Assembly (NCBI GenBank): GCA_964521085.1
Contig: CAZFPL010000008.1
Coordinates: 946 to 64,945 of the forward strand
Length of the DNA stretch: 64,000 nt
Direction of reading: 5' to 3'
DNA from: an uncultured Anaerolineales bacterium
GTDB lineage: Bacteria; Chloroflexota; Anaerolineae; Anaerolineales; RBG-16-64-43
This document shows, piece after piece, positions 35,329 to 44,098 of this stretch (the first letter of the stretch is position 1; each line of letters opens with the position of its first letter). The notes under the pieces were generated by a model, which worked only from the letters and a program-made list of their open reading frames with translations, did not search any database and had not been told where the DNA came from. Position numbers and translations under genes: made by a program.

Positions 35329-35441
35329 ACTACCGCGCGGCCAGCCGCGCGCTATCAAGGAATGCAACTCCCATTTTTTCACGACGCACGCAACGGGAAA
35401 TTACACATCCCGCGAAGCGGGATAAAAGAAAGGCGGAAGCG

Positions 35442-36257
35442 ATGTCGTATTTTGAAGCTGTTCCCACGAAAGATGCCCTGAACCGCGTCCCGGGCAATCC
35501 GTTCAAGCTGCTCGACCTGCAATTGCTGATCCTTCCCGATGGCGGGAAGCATTCAGCCGCAACCGGCAGCCGCGAAGTGCTGATGGTGATCCTCGGCGGT
35601 ATAGCGACCGTCGCCGCAGGTTTAAAAACCTTCACCGGCATCGGCGGACGGCCCAATCCTTTTTCCGGGAAGCCGCATTCGGTGTATCTTCCCTGCGGGA
35701 CGGATTACACCGTCACCGCCGCGGGACGGTTGGAAGCGGTGTTGGTCAGTGCGCCGAGTGAACTTAAAACTGATTCGTATGTAATCGGGCCTGAAAAAAT
35801 CACCACCGGAGTCTGGGGAGCGGCCAATTTCAGCCGCAACTTCCATCAGATTCTCACCCTGGCCGGGCAGCCGGATCTCCCCGCGCAGCGACTCATTGTC
35901 GGCGAGACGTATACGCCTTCAGGCAACTGGAGCACGTTCCCGCCGCACAAACATGAAAAGGATGATCTTCCGCGTGAAGCCTTCCACGAGGAGCTGTACT
36001 TCTTCAAGGTCAGTCCGGGCGACGGATTCGGATTGACGCGCTACTACAATGGCGAGGTGGACACCGGCTACGTGGTGCGCGATAACACCATCCTCATGGC
36101 GCCCAACGGATTTCACACCGTTGTCAGCGCGCCGGGATACACCACGTATTATTTATGGGCGCTGGCGGGCAATCACCGCACCCAGGCCACCGCCGACGAT
36201 CCCGCCTTGGCGTGGGTCGGCCGCACCGTGCCGATGCTCAAGGCGCTTGGACACTAG
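35442..36257 (+). CDS. IolB/KduI-superfamily cupin ketol-isomerase (5-deoxy-glucuronate isomerase-like)
   Basis: VGETYTPSGNWSTFPPHKHEKDD...EELYFFK is the IolB signature. The start was taken at ATG 35442 (MSYFEAV). It lies adjacent to kduD. Confidence 0.75.
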   Translation: MSYFEAVPTKDALNRVPGNPFKLLDLQLLILPDGGKHSAATGSREVLMVILGGIATVAAGLKTFTGIGGRPNPFSGKPHSVYLPCGTDYTVTAAGRLEAVLVSAPSELKTDSYVIGPEKITTGVWGAANFSRNFHQILTLAGQPDLPAQRLIVGETYTPSGNWSTFPPHKHEKDDLPREAFHEELYFFKVSPGDGFGLTRYYNGEVDTGYVVRDNTILMAPNGFHTVVSAPGYTTYYLWALAGNHRTQATADDPALAWVGRTVPMLKALGH

Positions 36258-36283
36258 GAACGACCGACCATTGGAGAAATCCC

Positions 36284-37048
36284 ATGATTCTTGATGCGTT
36301 TCGATTGGATGGAAAAGTCGCGCTGGTAACCGGCGCGCGACAGGGATTGGGGCAGGCGCTCGCGCTGGCGCTTGCGGAAGCGGGCGCGGATATCGCCGCG
36401 CTGGATAAGGGCGATGTGACGGAAACCGACGCCAGGGTTGCCGGGTTGAAGCGGCGATTCCTTCCCATCCCATGTGACTTGCGGGAATCCGCGCCGGCGG
36501 ATCTCCAGCGGGTGGTGGAACGGGTGGCCGCCGAACTCGGCCGCCTCGATATTCTGGTCAACAACGCCGGGATCATCCGCCGCACGCCGGCGGTGGATTT
36601 CAGCGAGGCCGATTGGGATGACGTGCTGCAGGTCAATCTCAAAGCGGTGTTCTTTCTATCCCAGGCCGCGGCGCGGATCATGTTGGCCCGCGGCGGCGGG
36701 AAGATCATCAACATCGCCTCCATGCTTTCGTTTCAGGGCGGGATTCTCATCCCGTCCTACACCGCCTCCAAGAGCGGCGTGGCCGGGATTACGCGCGCGC
36801 TGGCCAACGAGTGGGCCGCACGCGGGATCAACGTCAACGCCATTGCGCCCGGATACATGGCCACCGACAACACTGCCGCCCTCCGCGCGGACGCCAAGCG
36901 ATCGGCGTCCATCCTCGACCGAATCCCGGTCGGGCGCTGGGGAACCCCCGACGACCTGAAAGGGGCGGCTGTCTTTCTCGCATCCTCCGCCTCCGATTAC
37001 CTGCATGGCGCGATCATTCCGGTGGATGGCGGTTGGTTGACGCGGTGA
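36284..37048 (+). CDS. kduD: 2-dehydro-3-deoxy-D-gluconate 5-dehydrogenase (SDR)
   Basis: GKVALVTGARQGLGQA, NNAGI, IINIASMLSFQGG, YTASKSGVAG and PGYMATDNT. The start was taken at ATG 36284. Confidence 0.8.
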   Translation: MILDAFRLDGKVALVTGARQGLGQALALALAEAGADIAALDKGDVTETDARVAGLKRRFLPIPCDLRESAPADLQRVVERVAAELGRLDILVNNAGIIRRTPAVDFSEADWDDVLQVNLKAVFFLSQAAARIMLARGGGKIINIASMLSFQGGILIPSYTASKSGVAGITRALANEWAARGINVNAIAPGYMATDNTAALRADAKRSASILDRIPVGRWGTPDDLKGAAVFLASSASDYLHGAIIPVDGGWLTR

Positions 37049-37082
37049 AAGGCCGTAGGATCTCGGAAGGGAGCAGCAGCCT

Positions 37083-38564
37083 ATGACGACGGCGTTCCAG
37101 GCTCTCGATCTGCGAATGGATCCGCGTTCTTTGGTAAGTACGCCGGATGCAGAATACGGTCTATACGAAACCGGAAGCAAAAAAAGACTTGCGGTGCTTG
37201 CCGACTCGGGCTCGGGCGTTTTGAAAACCTTTGAAGGTGAATGCTCGGAGCATCAAGATCGGACTCTATTGCTTGGACCGATAAGCCCGCAGAACGCCGC
37301 CGCGCTTCGTGCTCAACTGGCATGGTTGCGGCCGCGCCTTTGGGGAATGCGCACTTCCGCCGGGTTGGGTGACCGCCTGGGACTGGCCACACCCGGGCAT
37401 GTGCGCGCGATGCGCGCGGCGGGCGGATCGATCGGACCGATCTTCGCCCAGCAATCCATTCGGGAAATGCTGCGCACCGGGCGTTCGCCGCAGCAGGTGA
37501 TGGACGATGCAACCTGGGGCGTCTTCCAGGAAGGCTGGCGCGAAGGGGTGGGCGCGGACGCGGACCATTTGAAAACCACCGCGGATATAGATGGCAGTGT
37601 CGCGGCGGGTTTCACCTTCTTCACAATCGATCCCGGCGAATTCGTCGACCGCGCCGCCGAAACGGCCGACCTGGGTCAGTTGCGCGAGCGGGTGGGAAGC
37701 CAGCCGCCCGACGCCCAGCCGCGCGCGACGGGCCTGCTCGGTAGATCCATCGACATCGAAGGCAGAACCCTGCACTTCGACGAACCGGCCCTGCTCAAGG
37801 CGGTGGTGAAATACGGCCGGGCGGTGGAGCATGTCGCAACCATGAGCCGCCACCTGGCACGCGCCGCGGCGGGGCGAGTGTGCGAGCTGGAAGTGTCGGT
37901 GGATGAAACCGAACAGCCGACGTCGGCGGTGGAACACGTTTACATCGCCAGCGAGCTGCGCCGGCTGGGGGTGGAGTGGGTAAGCCTGGCTCCGCGCTTC
38001 ATCGGCCGGTTTGAAAAGGGGGTGGATTACATCGGCGATCTCGCGGCATTCGAAGCGGACTTGGCGGTGCATGCCGCCATCGCCCGGCAGTTCGGACCGT
38101 ACAAACTCAGCTTGCACTCCGGCTCGGATAAATTCAGCATTTACCCGGCCGCGATGCGCCAAACGCGGGGATTGGTGCACCTGAAGACGGCCGGCACCAG
38201 TTACCTCGAGGCATTGCGGACCGTCGCTTCGATCGAACCAATTTTCTTTCTCGAGATCTACGCTTTCGCGCGCGAGCGGTATGAGGTCGACCGGGCCAGC
38301 TATCACGTATCGGCGCAGCTGGGGCGTGCGCCGTTTCCCGCGGCCGTCACCGACGTTCCCGGGTTGTTGAATCAGTTCGACGCGCGGGAGATACTGCACG
38401 TGACCTTCGGTTCCGTGCTCACGGCGACCGCGCCGTCCGGCGGTTTGCGTTTTTATGAACATCTGAGAGAATTATTGTCCATGAATTCAGATCTGTATGC
38501 CGGCAATTTGGAGGGGCACTTCCTCCGGCACTTGAAACCGTTCGCTTCGAATGGAATCCGGTAA
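37083..38564 (+). CDS. uxaE: Tagaturonate/fructuronate epimerase family protein (UxaE-like)
   Basis: SAGLGDRLGLATPGH, FAQQSIRE and GADADHLK resemble the UxaE family as I remember it, and the size (~490 aa) and hexuronate context fit. This rests on memory, not on an alignment. Confidence 0.6.
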   Translation: MTTAFQALDLRMDPRSLVSTPDAEYGLYETGSKKRLAVLADSGSGVLKTFEGECSEHQDRTLLLGPISPQNAAALRAQLAWLRPRLWGMRTSAGLGDRLGLATPGHVRAMRAAGGSIGPIFAQQSIREMLRTGRSPQQVMDDATWGVFQEGWREGVGADADHLKTTADIDGSVAAGFTFFTIDPGEFVDRAAETADLGQLRERVGSQPPDAQPRATGLLGRSIDIEGRTLHFDEPALLKAVVKYGRAVEHVATMSRHLARAAAGRVCELEVSVDETEQPTSAVEHVYIASELRRLGVEWVSLAPRFIGRFEKGVDYIGDLAAFEADLAVHAAIARQFGPYKLSLHSGSDKFSIYPAAMRQTRGLVHLKTAGTSYLEALRTVASIEPIFFLEIYAFARERYEVDRASYHVSAQLGRAPFPAAVTDVPGLLNQFDAREILHVTFGSVLTATAPSGGLRFYEHLRELLSMNSDLYAGNLEGHFLRHLKPFASNGIR

Positions 38565-38694
38565 TCCATGAACCGGTCCGCCCTGCCTTCCGCCGAAGGT
38601 TTTTCCGGCCGGACGGCCGTCGCCACCGGAAGAAACGTGCCGATGGAGAACGGGTATTCGGGGTTGGGCGGCGTATAAGATCGAGAAAATCAAC

Positions 38695-39987
38695 ATGATC
38701 CAAGAGCAGGCAACGGCCGCCCCCGGCCAAACCCTAACCGAAGATACAATCCGGCAGACGCTGAACCGCGCCCTGGGAGGGCGGTTTCGCGGCCGGAAAG
38801 TCCTGATTCTGATCCCCGATCATACGCGATCCTTGCCGCTTCCATTCCTCTTCCGTACATTGGTGGAGATCCTGCGCGGCGCACATACGCTGGATTTCCT
38901 CGTCGCCCTCGGAACGCATCCGGTGCCGAGCGAGGAAGGCCTGTGGCGCTTGGTCGGCATCACTGCGGCCCAACGGCGCACCGTGTACCGGCGGGTAGGC
39001 CTGTTCCACCATGCCTGGAGCGATCCTTCCGCGCTGACTTCCCTGGGATGGATCTCGCAAGGACTCATTCGGCAATTTGCAGGGAAGTGCTGGCATCCTT
39101 CGCTCGGCGGCGATACAGAGGTGCATGTCAACCGGAAATTGCTGGAATACGACCACATCCTGATTGCCGGCCCGACTACTCCACACGAGGTGGTCGGTTT
39201 CTCCGGAGGGGCGAAGTACATCATCCCGGGAGTTTCGGGCCCGCAGATGATCAACACCACGCATTGGCTGGGGGCGCTTTCCGGAGTGGTGGAAACCATC
39301 GGCGTGAAGGACACACCGGCGCGGAAAATGGTGCATGCCGCGGCATCCAAACTCCCGACGCCCGTCACGCTGCTGGGGATGGTCACCGAGGATCACGACC
39401 TGGCCGGGATCTTTATCGGGGATGCAACCTCCGCCTGGAGCGCCGCGGCCGACCTTTCGGCTCAGCGGCATATCCACTGGTGCGAGAAGCCCTTCCGGCG
39501 GGTGCTTTCCTGCCCATTGCCGATGTATGACGAGTTGTGGACGGCCGCCAAGGCGATGTATAAACTGGAACCCGTCGTCGCCGCAGGCGGAGAAGTCGTG
39601 ATCTACGCGCCGCACCTCGACACCATCAGCCGCACGCACGGGAGGTTCATCTACGAAGTCGGGTATCATATCCTGCCGTATATCCTCGAGAACTGGGACC
39701 GGTTGCGGGATCAGCCGCTGGCCGTGCTGGCGCACAGCTCACACGTCCGCGGATCCGGGCGAATGGAGAACGGGGTGGAAAAACCCAGCGTGCGGGTCAC
39801 CCTGGCCAGCCGGATCCCTGCGGAGGATTGCGCGCGGTTGAATTTGGGGTACATGAATCCGGATGCCGTTCATCCGGAAGAGTGGAAGGATCGTGAGGAG
39901 GAGGGCGTCCTCTCTGTACCGAAAGCGGGGGAGATTCTCTATCGGCTGAAGGGTTCGCGGGAAGCCGAGGCGGGGGAAACGGGATGA
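38695..39987 (+). CDS. LarA-family (nickel-pincer nucleotide-dependent) 2-hydroxyacid racemase/epimerase homolog
   Basis: LILIPDHTRS, ALGTHP and PHEVVGFSGGAKYIIPGVSGPQMINTTH. The H-x9-K-x15-H spacing equals the His174/Lys184/His200 spacing of L. plantarum LarA as I recall it. Confidence 0.75.
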   Translation: MIQEQATAAPGQTLTEDTIRQTLNRALGGRFRGRKVLILIPDHTRSLPLPFLFRTLVEILRGAHTLDFLVALGTHPVPSEEGLWRLVGITAAQRRTVYRRVGLFHHAWSDPSALTSLGWISQGLIRQFAGKCWHPSLGGDTEVHVNRKLLEYDHILIAGPTTPHEVVGFSGGAKYIIPGVSGPQMINTTHWLGALSGVVETIGVKDTPARKMVHAAASKLPTPVTLLGMVTEDHDLAGIFIGDATSAWSAAADLSAQRHIHWCEKPFRRVLSCPLPMYDELWTAAKAMYKLEPVVAAGGEVVIYAPHLDTISRTHGRFIYEVGYHILPYILENWDRLRDQPLAVLAHSSHVRGSGRMENGVEKPSVRVTLASRIPAEDCARLNLGYMNPDAVHPEEWKDREEEGVLSVPKAGEILYRLKGSREAEAGETG

Positions 39988-40490
39988 AAACCACCGGTTT
40001 GATCGTTATGGGCGTTGCGGGCTGCGGGAAAACCACCGTTGGAAAAGCGCTGGCGGAACGACTCGGCTGGGATTTTTTCGATGCCGATGGATTTCATCCG
40101 CCGGCGAATGTGGCCAAGATGGCGGCGGGGATCCCGCTTGACGACGAAGACCGCGCGCCCTGGCTTGCCGCACTGCATGACCTAATGGCCCGGACGCTTC
40201 GCGAAGGCCGCCATCCGGTTCTGGCTTGTTCCGCCCTCAAGGAGTGCTATCGAAAAACACTCCTCGACGGCAACGACGGGATCCGGGTGGTGCATCTACG
40301 GGGCGACTACGACCTCATCCTATCGCGCATGCACGATCGAACGGATCATTACATGAAACCCGGCATGCTGCGCAGCCAGTTCGACGCGCTGGAGGAACCC
40401 GCGGGGGCATTGACCGCGGATATCGCCCGGCCGGTGACGGAAATCGTCGACGACATTCTGTCCGCTATTCCGAAGGAAGGAAGAGATTAG
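39984..40490 (+). CDS. gntK: Gluconokinase (GntK, P-loop)
   Basis: ATGA overlap with the LarA-like stop. IVMGVAGCGKTTVGKALA...FFDADGFHPPANVAKM..GIPLDDEDRAPWL is the classical thermoresistant-gluconokinase pattern. Confidence 0.88.
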   Translation: MKTTGLIVMGVAGCGKTTVGKALAERLGWDFFDADGFHPPANVAKMAAGIPLDDEDRAPWLAALHDLMARTLREGRHPVLACSALKECYRKTLLDGNDGIRVVHLRGDYDLILSRMHDRTDHYMKPGMLRSQFDALEEPAGALTADIARPVTEIVDDILSAIPKEGRD

Positions 40491-40590
40491 CGTTCATGGG
40501 AATCGATCGTATCGGTTGAGGTAAAAACCCCGGAATTTTCCCGCCACGGAACGGATTGCGGAAACAGGCGGATGATAGAAAGGCATCGGT

Positions 40591-42054
40591 ATGAGTCAGG
40601 CGGATATCGGATTAATCGGATTGGCCGTGATGGGCCAAAACTTGGTGCTTAACATGAACGACCACGGATTCACAGTGGCCGTTTACAACCGCACCACGTC
40701 GAAGGTGGATGAGTTCCTGCGGGAAGGCGCCAAGGAAACGCGTGTCGTCGGCACCCACTCACTTGAGGAATTGGTCAGCGCGCTTCAAAAACCGCGCCGG
40801 GTGATGATGATGGTGAAAGCCGGCGCGCCGGTCGACGACCTCATCGAACGCCTGCTTCCGCTGATGGAAAAGGGCGATATCCTCATCGACGGCGGCAACT
40901 CGAACTTCGCCGACACCATCCGCCGCACCGCCTACGTGGAATCGAAAGGACTGTGGTTCCTCGGGGTGGGTATTTCAGGCGGCGAGGATGGGGCGCGCTA
41001 CGGCCCATCGATCATGCCCGGCGGATCGCCCGCAGCCTGGGCCGCCGTCAAGCCGATCTTCCAAGCCATCGCCGCCAAGGTTCCGCGGCTGGGGGAAGGG
41101 GAGGACCCCTGCTGCGACTGGGTGGGGGAGAACGGCGCCGGCCACTACGTAAAGATGGTGCACAACGGGATCGAATACGGAGATATGCAGCTGGTCAGCG
41201 AAGCGTATCACCTGATGAAAGAAGGGCTGGGGCTCTCGACCGAGGCGATGGGCGAGGTGTTCGCGGGATGGAACAAGGGCAAATTAAATTCCTACCTGAT
41301 CGAGATCACGCGGGATATCCTGGCCTTCAAGGACGAAGACGGCCAGCCGCTTGCGGATAAAGTCTTGGATGTGGCCGGACAAAAAGGGACCGGCCGATGG
41401 GCGGGTATCTCCGCTCTCGAATTGGGCATCCCGCTGACGATGATCACGGAAGCGGTCTCCGCCCGATCACTCTCGATGCTCAAGGAAGAGCGCCTGGCGG
41501 CGGCCAAACTGCTCCACGGGCCGAATCCACGCCTTCCCAACCCGACCAAATACTTTGTGGCGGATTTGGGGGAGGCGGTCTTCGCATCCAAAATCATCTC
41601 CTACACCCAGGGTTTTATGCTGATGCGCGCCGCCGCGCGGGAATATCACTGGGACCTCCATTACGGCGGGATCGCCATGATGTGGCGCGGCGGATGCATC
41701 ATCCGCTCAAGCTTCCTGCAAAAAATAAATTCCGCCTTTAATCGGAAGCCGGATTTAACCAACCTCCTCCTGGATCCATATTTCGAAGTCCAGGTCGAAA
41801 CCGCCCAGTCCGCCTGGAGGCGGGTGGTTGCCGCCGCAGCCCAGCAGGGCATCCCGATGCCCGCCATGTCGAGCGCACTCACATTTTTCGACAGCTATCG
41901 CTGCGGATGGCTTCCCGCCAACCTGGTGCAGGCTCAGCGGGATTATTTCGGCGCCCATACATATGAGCGGGTCGACCGGCCGCGCGGGGAATTCTTTCAC
42001 ACCGATTGGACGGGGCACGGCGGGAAGGTGACCTCCTCCACGTATTCGGCGTAG
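40591..42054 (+). CDS. gnd: 6-phosphogluconate dehydrogenase, decarboxylating
   Basis: IGLIGLAVMGQNLVLN, GGNSNF, GISGGEDGAR, GHYVKMVHNGIEYGDMQ and IIRS..L. Confidence 0.93.
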   Translation: MSQADIGLIGLAVMGQNLVLNMNDHGFTVAVYNRTTSKVDEFLREGAKETRVVGTHSLEELVSALQKPRRVMMMVKAGAPVDDLIERLLPLMEKGDILIDGGNSNFADTIRRTAYVESKGLWFLGVGISGGEDGARYGPSIMPGGSPAAWAAVKPIFQAIAAKVPRLGEGEDPCCDWVGENGAGHYVKMVHNGIEYGDMQLVSEAYHLMKEGLGLSTEAMGEVFAGWNKGKLNSYLIEITRDILAFKDEDGQPLADKVLDVAGQKGTGRWAGISALELGIPLTMITEAVSARSLSMLKEERLAAAKLLHGPNPRLPNPTKYFVADLGEAVFASKIISYTQGFMLMRAAAREYHWDLHYGGIAMMWRGGCIIRSSFLQKINSAFNRKPDLTNLLLDPYFEVQVETAQSAWRRVVAAAAQQGIPMPAMSSALTFFDSYRCGWLPANLVQAQRDYFGAHTYERVDRPRGEFFHTDWTGHGGKVTSSTYSA

Positions 42055-42271
42055 CCTGATCCAATCGAAAACGCGAGAGATTCGAGAGATGGGCTAAGAA
42101 TCATTATACATGCACGCAGATTTCGCGGATGGTTTGAATTTTCCTCCGATTTTTCACATTCTTTTACTCGAAATCCTGAAAATCCTCTCGATCCGCATAC
42201 CTGGAACTCAATCCTGAGAGAATGCTGATAAAGAATATCCAAGGCGGAATGATTAACTTAAAATTCCTGAT

Positions 42272-43051
42272 ATGAAAAACGTAATATTCCCGGCATTAAT
42301 CATAATCATGGTTGCCACCGGTTGTTCCTCCCTTACGGGCGTCGCCGCTCCCAGTCCGACCCCAACGGAATTCGCCTGCGCCGAAAACGGCGCCGTGCAG
42401 GCGATGGATGTAGATTCCCAAACGCACATCTTTGTTTACCTTCCACCTTGCTACGACACCGATTCGTCCCGTTCCTACCCGGTGCTTTACCTTTTCCCGG
42501 GATACGGCGGATCGAATTCCGATTTTTTCGGGCCAGGCACAAATCGGATTGCGGATGAATTAATCCTGAGTGGGGAAATCCCGCCGTTTTTAATCGCTGG
42601 CATGGATGATCCCTTTCCCGATTTGGACGCCCGGATTTTCACTGAAAAAATTCTTCCTTTCATGGAAGCCCGGTTCCGGATCCGTGCGGATCGCCGGTAC
42701 CATGCCGCGGCGGGCGGATCGTTCGGCGGCGCGGTCGCCTATCATCTTGCCTTCAAGCGGTACGATCTCGTCAGCAGCGCGGGGATCTTCGGCAACGGGG
42801 CGGCGGTGGGCGAGGAGGAGTCGATTCGCGCATGGCTGGCCGCCATCCCGGCGGAACAGCGGCCGCGCGTTTTCATCAACGTCGGTGAAAGCGATACGTA
42901 CATGCTCGAACGAGCCAAAGTGCTTATTCCGATGCTGGACGAGGCCGGAATACAGCATCTGGATATTTTCAGCCCGGGAAAGCACTCCGGCGATTATTGG
43001 GTCAGCAATTTCCCGGCTTATTTCCGTTGGCTATCCGTAGATTGGGAATGA
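42272..43051 (+). CDS. Esterase-family lipoprotein (CE1/esterase D-like)
   Basis: Lipobox VATGC. Contains YPVLYLFPGYGG and the motif GGSFGG. Confidence 0.7.
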   Translation: MKNVIFPALIIIMVATGCSSLTGVAAPSPTPTEFACAENGAVQAMDVDSQTHIFVYLPPCYDTDSSRSYPVLYLFPGYGGSNSDFFGPGTNRIADELILSGEIPPFLIAGMDDPFPDLDARIFTEKILPFMEARFRIRADRRYHAAAGGSFGGAVAYHLAFKRYDLVSSAGIFGNGAAVGEEESIRAWLAAIPAEQRPRVFINVGESDTYMLERAKVLIPMLDEAGIQHLDIFSPGKHSGDYWVSNFPAYFRWLSVDWE

Positions 43052-43866
43052 CGCTTATGAAAAAAAATATTTTCTTGCTGCCGGTATTTCTATTAAGCGC
43101 CGGATGTCTCAGCCGTCCGGCAGCACCGGGGGATGCATCCGTCTCAACGCCAACACTCTCCGCCCCGATCCCCGTTTGCGACGAACCTGGGACAACCCAA
43201 AGGATGGTCCTGGATTCTTTAGTGCAAGGATACGATTATGAGTGCGAGCTATACCTGCCGCCATGTTACGAAACCGAAACGGAACTGGAATATCCTGTCC
43301 TTTATTTAATTCCGGGGAGGGGGAGCGGCTTTCAAGCCTGGAACGCCGCCGGAGCCGCTCAGACCGCGGATGAAATGATCCACGCCGGGGAAATTCCACC
43401 GCTGATTATCGTATCCACGGGTGATACGGATAATGATCCCCAGGCGGAGGTCATTTACAACGATTTGGTTCCCTACATCGAACAATCCTACCGGGTCAAA
43501 AAAGAACGGCGGTATCATGCCGTCGCAGGCGCGTCGCTCGGCGGTGCGGCCACATATCGGATTGTCTTCCGTGATCCGGATCGATTCGCCAGCGCCGGGA
43601 TCTTCGGCAATGGGGCGACTGCCGGTGAAGAGGAAAAGATCCGCGTCTGGTTGGCGGCCATGAGTACGGCGAACAAACCGCGCGTTTTTATCAAGGTCGG
43701 ATTCGCGGACACGTATATGCTGGAACGCGCGAAAGTTCTCATCTCCATCCTGGATGAGCATCAGATCCCCCACGAAGGAATCTTCAGCGAAGGTGACCAT
43801 TCCTACCCCTATTGGGTGAAGAATCTCCCGGCCTACTACCGATGGTTGTCCGAAGATTGGTTATAG
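43048..43866 (+). CDS. Esterase-family lipoprotein, tandem paralog of 42272-43051
   Basis: ATGA overlap with the previous stop. Lipobox LLSAGC. Contains YPVLYLIPGRGSG and GASLGG, and the C-terminal halves are collinear (GIFGNGA..GEEE.IR.WLAA...PRVFI.VG..DTYMLERAKVLI..LDE..I.H..IFS.G.HS..YWV.N.PAY.RWLS.DW). Confidence 0.7.
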   Translation: MTLMKKNIFLLPVFLLSAGCLSRPAAPGDASVSTPTLSAPIPVCDEPGTTQRMVLDSLVQGYDYECELYLPPCYETETELEYPVLYLIPGRGSGFQAWNAAGAAQTADEMIHAGEIPPLIIVSTGDTDNDPQAEVIYNDLVPYIEQSYRVKKERRYHAVAGASLGGAATYRIVFRDPDRFASAGIFGNGATAGEEEKIRVWLAAMSTANKPRVFIKVGFADTYMLERAKVLISILDEHQIPHEGIFSEGDHSYPYWVKNLPAYYRWLSEDWL

Positions 43867-43889
43867 GCAATGGGGATTCAGGGTTGTTC

Positions 43890-43919
43890 GTCATACCCGC
43901 ATGATCCAAGCGGGTATCC
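43890..43919. repeat. Palindromic element GTCATACCCGC-n9-GCGGGTATCC
   Basis: Read directly from the sequence, in the convergent intergenic region. Confidence 0.7.
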
Positions 43920-43955
43920 AGGAACAGATTGAGTGTTTCCTGTGGCGCTTGTTCT

Positions 43956-44050
43956 GGATTCCCGCTAACAACACCCTCGCTTCACAAACCTTTCAGCTCC
44001 TAGAATCCACGCGAGCTGAAAGGTTCCGCGAGGGCAGGCGCGGGAATGAC
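43956..44050. repeat. Nested palindromic element: outer ATTCCCGC/GCGGGAAT enclosing CCCTCGC..AACCTTTCAGCTC-loop-GAGCTGAAAGGTT..GCGAGGG
   Basis: Read directly from the sequence. On the minus strand it starts GTCATTCCCGC and ends GCGGGAATCCAGAAC, so it is an inverted relative of 43890-43919. Confidence 0.7.
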
Positions 44051-44098
44051 ATCCGTCTACAAAACCGATAAGCGATCCGAAAATTAATCTGTAGGATC

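Noticed and set aside
37266-39735. Long minus-strand ORFs 37266-38462 (398 aa) and 38734-39735 (333 aa)
   Set aside because: They are antisense to the UxaE-like and LarA-like genes and have shadow-ORF composition. The same reasoning applies to 9989-11116, 11318-12289, 28549-29577, 30350-31336, 46759-47814, 49458-50426, 51715-52899 and 62165-62803.
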